From Dipteris shenzhenensis (taxonomy: Eukaryota), in NCBI GenBank assembly GCA_047967505.1, contig CM106538.1: a stretch of DNA of 64,000 nucleotides; one strand, written 5' to 3'. Within the stretch, counting starts at the first letter, position 1. Each line of letters opens with the position of its first letter. Both the position numbers and the translations under genes were made by a program. Under the pieces are notes generated by a model. It worked only from the letters and a program-made list of their open reading frames with translations. It was not told the origin of the DNA and searched no databases. Shown piece by piece: positions 56,191 through 64,000 of the stretch.

Positions 56191-59100
56191 TCTTATTCTT
56201 GAGTATCCAGTTCTGCTTTGGCATTCAGAAGTGTTTCCCTTGATGCTATGCATTCCTTCTCTAGTGCTTGAATTTGATGTTTACCTTATTTGAGGCTTTG
56301 CTGCAACTCATTGTTTATGTTTATTGTGGCATGGATCTGATCATCTTTAAGTAGCAAGCTTTTGTTTAAATGCACCATTTCTTTTTTCAGATCCTCATAA
56401 GGGACTTGCATTTGGGATAGGGATAGCTCGACCTTTTCCTTTCTGCTCAAGACATCAGATAGCTGTAGGTGTTTTTCTTGGAGAAAAATTATAGCTAGTG
56501 AAGCATCCTTCCTACTTTCTACTAGAGAATCTTGTACAAAGAGCTATTGTTGCATTTGCTCTGCTATGATTTCCTTGAGCTTATGAATTTTAGTCTTGGC
56601 ACTTTGCAGCTTGGTTTGGAGCAATGGGATCATCTGTCTTTCTATTTCTCATTGTTGCTTATCTGATGCCATGCTAGCAAATAATTCTGACCATTGTTGC
56701 AATTGCTGATTGTGATGATGTATGATCTAGAATGTGCAATAGCCTTGTTTTTATTGATAATATAGTTGCCTCCCATGTGCCATGTGGAATCTTGATCTTT
56801 CTCCTAATGGTAGCCTATTTAGAGGGTCACTAGAGATGATGTGGGGCTGTGGCCCTAGAACTATGGAGTCGTGAACATTGTTGAGTTGTGATTCTTGAAC
56901 AGGTACACTATCTGGCTCACTTGTAAAGTCATTGTGTGGCGAGGCTCCCTCTTTGATTTCTTCCTTTGAGTCAATTTGTTGCAGTAGAAATTTTCAACTG
57001 AGTTGCAGAATTCATTGGCAGAGATCCACATTGTCATTCTTTGGAGTTTGCTCGGATGGTTGTTTATCCATGTCATCCATATTGAGAGTTGATGGGGGCT
57101 CTAGGTCCCATTCTAGAGATAATATCAATGTTTCGATGTCTTCTATTTCATGTGTTGAGAGGGGTGTAGAGTTTTCCTCTTGCTGTATTACAAAGCCAAT
57201 TATAAGGGTCGATAGATGGGCAATGTAGCTTTTGCCATTATGGGTAATGGATACATAATATGTTAACAGCTCACCAAGGATATGAGTTGATCCCAATCTT
57301 GTAATTTTTCACTACCAAGGAGTGTAAGAGTTTTTACTGACATGTTATTTTTTCTGACTCCTGTATGATTGAAAATTTCAGCTAGAAACTTGGTGCCTCT
57401 TTGCATATTGGGGTCATCTCATGGCATATTCCCTTGCTTTGTGACTTTGTGTTAGGTGGGAACCAATCCTGAATCTCAATGAATCTTGCATCCAAATGTT
57501 TCATTAGATATTCTTCTCGTGCCTTTGGGAATGAGAAAGCTTCTTGCATTCTTGATCTACTGAGGTAGATCTGTAAAGGCTTTTCATTATACGCTATTGT
57601 GCCATACTTAACCTTCTCCAGATTCCCTAGATCCATTGTATGCAAGAAGTTGCATGCATCGGCTGACATGGTGAACGTTGAGACATGTGGCCATACAAGT
57701 TGTATTGTTCCCTCCGTTGTTAGCTACTTGTTGGCTTGGGCATCAAGCTATTTGACTCCCTTGCATAGTCGATGGCTTTGCCTCTAGTTCTCTTGAGTCT
57801 AGGGTCCTTAAGTTCTGAAGCATATCTCTTTGGCATGTTGCATTATTTTGCTCATCATTGTCACTGTCCAGGACCACCAGCCATGGTCATTTTGGTGTTA
57901 ACATCTGGGTTGGTGATCTTGGGTCTTGTCCTTCTTCAGAAGCATATGTTTGCATTGGTTTGAGCTAGATATATTTATGGCCCTCATAAGAACTCTCTCT
58001 ACTGTTACATTGTGCTAGTTTATGTTTTAGGGACATATTTAGTCATGTTCCTCTCCTTTTTTAGTTGTTCAGTATTAATTTATAAAAAGACACCTCATAT
58101 AGTGTAAGGATTACCTTGGTTTTGGATTACTTTTTAATAGAAATTGAATTTTAAATGTTAAAAATTTAGAAAAAAATATACTTTAACATTGAAATGTAAC
58201 TTAACCCATTCAAAAAAACCTAATCTTATAGTAGGGGGAGAGGGCAGGCCAATCCTCCATGCACAACCAAAAGATCAAAGAGGGGGAGAGATATAGGTTG
58301 ATACCAAACCTTTGAAAAAACCATTGTATGCCAACGTTGTAAATAAACCTTAAGGTGGAGAGTAACTCAATCCCTACCCTCGCAACAAAAAAATAAAGAC
58401 CAAAAACATGTCAGCTCTAGCTATTTGATGCTAGTTGCCCTGCCATGCTTCTCCAAAAGCTCTAGCAATGATGATGCTTTCTCCAATGTGAGCCAAAAAA
58501 ATCTTCGAGTCAGTCATTTGGTCCTCCTACTTGCACTAGTCAAGGAAGCAAGCTACTAATAATGCACCGTGCTCAAACCAAGTGACACAAATAAGGAAAG
58601 GCAACAGCCTCAAATAAACCTGTTGAGCAAGCGGAACAAATGGCATCACTAACAGAAGCTCAACTAGGCAAAGAAGATGGTAGAAAGCATCAAGAAGGCC
58701 TAGAAACACCTCATGAGTGTCTCACTAGCTCCCCAAAATATCCACAACCGTATTTGATGGGAGAGAAAGGCAACCTCCATGTCTACAGGAAAACCCAGGG
58801 ATGGGAAAAGAAAGGGGAAGCAGAATAGGGAATGAGACAGAAACTCCCTCATTGTAGTGCTCTAAGGGTTATAAAAAAGTTTACTTTTATTAAATGCCTA
58901 ATGAAGAGCAATAAAATGATTAATTATAGACATTTTATTTGATACGGAGTTTGTATACACATAAGGTTATGTGGCCCAAGTGTTAAATCTATAATCCAGC
59001 ATTAGATCTACGTGATCTACTTAAAATAATGAAAATAAATATATTAATCTGTTAGCATCTCCAAACATAAACAAATTCATAAGGATATCAATCCTTTATA

Positions 59101-59294
59101 TGTGATGAAGCCATATAAAAAAAGGCAAATTTTGATCAAGGATGGGTCAACTTTGCCTTCCCATGTCAAAAATGCACCATAAAAGGAAAAAAGGCCACAT
59201 TAGCCACATACCAAGGCTATACAAGCTTGGTACTGGGCTTGGAAGGACAAGTTTAGGGGATCATCAAGGCTGGTGGTAACTTTTGGGTGGGGCA

Positions 59295-59835
59295 AGTTCC
59301 TCATCTAGGTTGACACAAGTGACACATCATCAGGTGTGACACATCTAGGTTGACATAAGTTGTCCATCTAGGTTGACACAAGTGGCGTGAATTACCACAT
59401 CATCAATAGGCAACCTTCATGACACTTCACATTTCCATTTGATCATACCAAATTACTAATGGCAACCTCATTGACATGCTATATCATCTTACATGGTTAA
59501 CATGGCTGCCACCTTATATTACCACCTCAAAAATTGACACATCATGAAGCACGTGTCATTTTCCACCTCATTAGGGACATGTCATATGCCATCTTATACA
59601 TGTTGAAACATCATCAAAAATACATGTCATCTAGATGGTTATTACCACATCATTCCATGCAAGGCCCTATGTGCCACCTCACATTATCCTTTCATGTAAA
59701 CTGACACATCATCAACTCACCTAGTTCTACATCATTCCATGCAAGGCCCTACTTGCCACATCATCCTTCATAGGTCCATCCATGTAGTACATGTGACGTG
59801 CCATGTCATCAAGCTGACCTAACACATCATCATCG
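59295..59835. repeat. Cluster of short degenerate repeats (CATCTAGGTTGACA; GACAC/GCCAC-ATCA)
   Basis: CATCTAGGTTGACA occurs three times at 59302-59380, with many ACACATCA/CCACATCA motifs. Probably a DNA-transposon terminus. Confidence 0.55.
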
Positions 59836-61569
59836 CCCGTAGTTGTTGCATATAGTAGGATCGACTCTTGCACACTCATCAAAATCGCATGGTACATCCT
59901 ATTTGCATAAGGCACATAAGTATTACTATTGTTTTAATAATAAAGAAAGAATAGAAAAGGAATGGAAAACAATTAACTGAACTCAATGCTTCATTTTTTG
60001 AAACTATTGGGGTCCAAGTCATGTCTCTAAAATCCCTATTCAAAGCATCCATATTCACAAAATAAATTGTAGAAGTTAAAAAAAAAACTAACTACTCTAC
60101 TCTACCATATGATTTCATGGGAACCTCATCTATTTGATCTTCTTCTATTGGTGCTTCCTCTTTTTCCACCTCCTTCTCCTAAGTGTCAACTAGCTGGTCG
60201 AAAGCATGATTGACTGTAGCCATTTTGAAACTAAATGTAAAAAGGGATTGCTCTATCATAAATTTCAAAGAAAATAAGATGCTTAAGTTATGGATTCCAT
60301 GTACTAGCTTAGAGTTTAAGGTATTGCGTGGACTATTAAAGTCAATCAAATTGTTTTAGAGTGGGCTCTTAAAAATGGTTTCAACTAAAATTGCTATAAA
60401 AATTTAATGCCCTAACTCCATAAATCCTTTTTTTAATATCTTAGGAGGTTATGGATCACATGAGGTGGCTAGCACTAGAGTCCACATTAGACACTTCACC
60501 TTTGAATCCAAGCTCTTGGTGCTCCTCCAACAATTGAAGAAGGGAGGCCACTCTCCTTTTGATATAATTACATGGGACCTCACCTGTCTCTAGTACAATT
60601 TAATTTCAGCCCTTTCACAGGCAAATGCTGTGACTATGCTCAAACAAGTAAATGGATCCTTTATCCAATCATTCTCACTAGAGAGTAGATAGGGATTCAC
60701 TATCTCTCCTTCTTATCCATTCTTGCATCAAATATTGACACTATGCATAATATAAAAAATTTATATACATATAATATATACTGACACTATGCATAATACA
60801 TAAAAATTATGGGGCAAAAGCCCCATTCTACCCCACTATAAGTCATCAAAATAATGATATGGAGTACACCCAAATAGGATGCTACAATATATACATGTAT
60901 ATAAAAGTATAAGCCATCATGTATTACAAAAAGCCCCTCAAAGATGGATACATAATAATGCTCTCACATAATTGTATAAGCTAATACCAAACCCCCTTTC
61001 AAAGGAAATATAAAACAAAAATCTCCTTAAAAATGGGAGATTTGACAATGTAGATATATGCACTACCATTAAGAAGGAGACTATAATATATATGATAGTA
61101 TCCTACAAGAAGCCCTTCTCATGGCCAAAGCCCAATTTCTCACCCTCATAGCTCAGTGAAGACTCTTGAGGACTTACGAGATTTCATAACTACAAATTCA
61201 CAAAATTAAAATATAAGACACATTATCAATTAGATTCTCAACTAGTGCAAAAAGTAATCAAAGAAATATAAATAAACATGAAAAATTTACTAGAGTACCT
61301 TATCTAAAGAATGGAGAAGGATAGGCTACAAAAGAGTAGGCTATAAAAATAGGCAAGGTGCAATTTAGTCTATTGAAACAAGTAAGGAATGTGAAAAGAA
61401 GTGGAAGTTAGCTAGCTAGCAAGCAAGCAAAGAAAAGAGGAAGAGAAGAGGAAGCTCACAAGTAATAAACAATGCAAGGAAGAGGTAATTTGCCTCCTCC
61501 TCCTCTTCCATATTACCTTCTATTCCCCTATGTTACTTTAATGTGGTTTGGATTCCATTTGCATGGTGG

Positions 61570-62285
61570 GGCATGCATATTTCCTTATTTTGGATCATGC
61601 ATCATCCATAAGTGTAAAAAGTATGCATTGGTGGGCTTCTACGAATGCGTGTGTAGATAGGTATGATACTATGTAGAGTCTTTAATGTGAGATTCATGTT
61701 CTCACAAATTTTGGCGTGCATCAGATATCATTGCATGATTTCTCATGCGTATTTTCTTGTTTTTGACCATGCATCATACATACCTGTGAAGAAATAGCCA
61801 TTGGTGGGATTCTACCATATGTGTGCTTGTTGGATGGCTATGATATTTTTCATAGGCTTTAATTATTCACAAAGTTTGATGTATGCCATATATCATTTGC
61901 ATGATTGCGCATGCATATTTCCTTGTTTTTTAACATGCAACATGCATAAGTGTAAAAAAATATGCATCGTCGAGATTCTACCATGTGTGTGTGTCCGATG
62001 AGTATGGTACTTTACAAAGGCCTTAATGTGAGTAAGATTCATGTACTTAAAGCCTTTGATGTGGTTAGAAATCATTTTCATGGTTGGGCATGCTGATTTC
62101 CTTGTTTTTTGGCTATGCATCATACAAGTGTAAAGAAATATACATTAGTGGTTTCTACCATGTGTGTGTCTAATGATAAGATACTTTCTCAGAATTCTTA
62201 GTGTGAGTACGATTCATATTCTTGCAAAAAAATTTACTATTCACATATCATTTTCATGGTTGGACACATATTTTCTTGTGTTGGA
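61570..62285. repeat. Degenerate ~175-bp tandem repeat, about four copies
   Basis: CATGC..ATTT.CTTGTTTTT...TGCATCAT...AAGTGTAAA recurs at ~61572, 61744, 61910, 62089 and 62265. Confidence 0.75.
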
Positions 62286-62362
62286 CCCTAACTCATATTC
62301 CACCTCAAATTGGCCATCTTCTATACTCATCCCTAGTAATGGACACACTCTCATCCATAGCA

Positions 62363-63517
62363 TGTTGAGATATCGAGCTCCACTCGTGATATGCCAGGGT
62401 GACCGTTGTGCATTTATGTCACCGACTTGTTAGCTGCAGATGCGGTTGGTACACCGCCCATGAATAATAGCTGGATGATAGCTATCCTTATGTACTCTAG
62501 TTCGTGGCTCAGTTAGTATGCCACCTTAGTTAGCTGAGTTTGGTTTGAGACCCACATATAGGGTTCTTCTATTTCTTTGTACTAGAGTTCTTTTGGCTTT
62601 CACAACTAAGAAGAGGAAAACTGTTTTCAGCCTCCACCTTTGTGTGTATTCTCCCATTGTGTATGTGAGAAAGCCGCAAGTGAGACTCCTTCCTTCTCTC
62701 CCACTATCTTCACATGGTATCAGAGCCTAGTTCGTGGTAAGGAGCTCAAGAAAGCAAACCAAGTTCGCGGTGTCCTAGTAAGTGTTGCTTTCCTTGTTCG
62801 AGTTTGGGAGCAAGTCTTTGCAGGTAGCACAGCCGGAAAGTGCAAGAGTGCATTGTCTCAGATTGAGACGCCCTTCGTGGTATGGCGAGAGGGCAATGTA
62901 TGCTGCAGGACAGGACAAAGCCCTGGGTGACTTTATTTTTTTGATTCGAGGGCATTTCGGGGTCCGTTTTGGAGGTGGAAGTTCTCTGCAAGCACTGAGA
63001 AAAAGGCCCTGTTTTTGCTGTGCGACCACTGCTCTGTGAGTCGGTGAAAAGTTACCACAGAAATTGCATCGTATGCCTGTGCGCAGAGATATTGGGAGTT
63101 ACAGAATCATCCTTATTGCCTGTTCATGCAAAATCGTCACTAGGAAGTGACTGTGTGGTCAAATACCACTTTCGTCAGTTTTGCAGATTTGCCCTTGTGA
63201 GGTAGAAGCTGTGTTTTTTATAGTGATAGAATATTTTGCAGTGTTCTGTAATGGCGTCTGATTCTCTTTCACAGATTGTCACTGAAAAGCTTGACAAGAA
63301 CAACTTCCAAGCATGGAAGTTTAGAATGACAAATTTCCTTATGGGAAAAGGCTATTGGGAGTTCATTACAGGAAATGAAGAAGAATCAGTTCTTCCTAAT
63401 GTTCCCAATCAACAGGAAATGCAGGCATTTAAAGGATGGCATGAGAGAGCCAGAAAAGTTATGTACTGGCTGTCTATCAGTATTTTAGATTCTATGATTG
63501 TGCATATTCAGGATGCA
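62363..63517 (+). mobile_element. 5' end of a Copia element: LTR, PBS and truncated gag
   Basis: The LTR ends TTCACA at 62714 (start uncertain, 62363 or 62428). PBS TGGTATCAGAGC at 62715-62726. gag from 63251 (EKLDKNNFQAWKFRMTNFLMGKGYW) breaks at ~63517. Confidence 0.85.
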
Positions 63518-64000
63518 AGTATTAAATCCCACAATAATTGGAAAGGAGGAACATGGTTTGTATTTGGAAGGAGTATGACCTTTTGGAAATATTTTTAATG
63601 TCTCTATGGCAAATGATTACACTTGGAATAGCATGCTTATGCAGGACCTTCCCTTGATAGGCAAGCATATCCATAAGATTAGAGTCAAACTTTGGTGATG
63701 TTTGTACTGATTTGGACAAGGCCTATGCCAACTTAGATGGGTAAGAGGGCTGAGAGGGTGGGGAGGTAGGCCTTTTTTTTGGTAGGAGGGGAGGGGGGAA
63801 GAGTAAGCAATCGAGGACATGGAGAGCAGGGGAAGGCAAAAGGTCAGGCAGAGAGGGGGGTGAATGTGGCAGGGGCATGAGCACAAGCGAAGTCAGGGAG
63901 GGATGCACGAAAGAGGAAGGTATATCTAGCGTTGGCCCTACAGCTTTCTAAGCCTGTGCCAATGGTACCTGCTCTCTATACCACCTTTAGAGAAAAACTA

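Overview
This is eukaryotic, TE-dense land-plant DNA. Very long TE-filled introns and the style of the elements suggest a fern-type genome, which is an inference. Two host-type genes are supported. (1) The last nine exons of RFC1 (replication factor C large subunit, + strand, 8503-27313) splice in frame across a 12.1-kb intron holding nested Copia and Gypsy elements; the upstream exons lie outside the window. (2) An intronless 441-aa FAD/NAD(P)-dependent oxidoreductase (- strand, 42478-43803). Its core resembles, from memory and not from a search, a bacterial (Legionella/Mycobacterium-type) and fungal family. It carries a Ser/Thr-rich N-terminal extension and a C-terminal -SKL peroxisomal signal, and a GTAAGT splice donor overlaps its stop codon. 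This candidate horizontally acquired, organelle-retargeted enzyme is the most interesting object here. The rest is mostly mobile DNA: a structurally complete but mutated Copia element (831-6641), two deleted chromovirus-type Gypsy elements, a solo LTR with target-site duplication, further Copia, Gypsy and LINE relics, a long foldback element, and tandem repeats. No rRNA, tRNA or CRISPR array was found. Family assignments come from reading motifs by eye; no database search was run.
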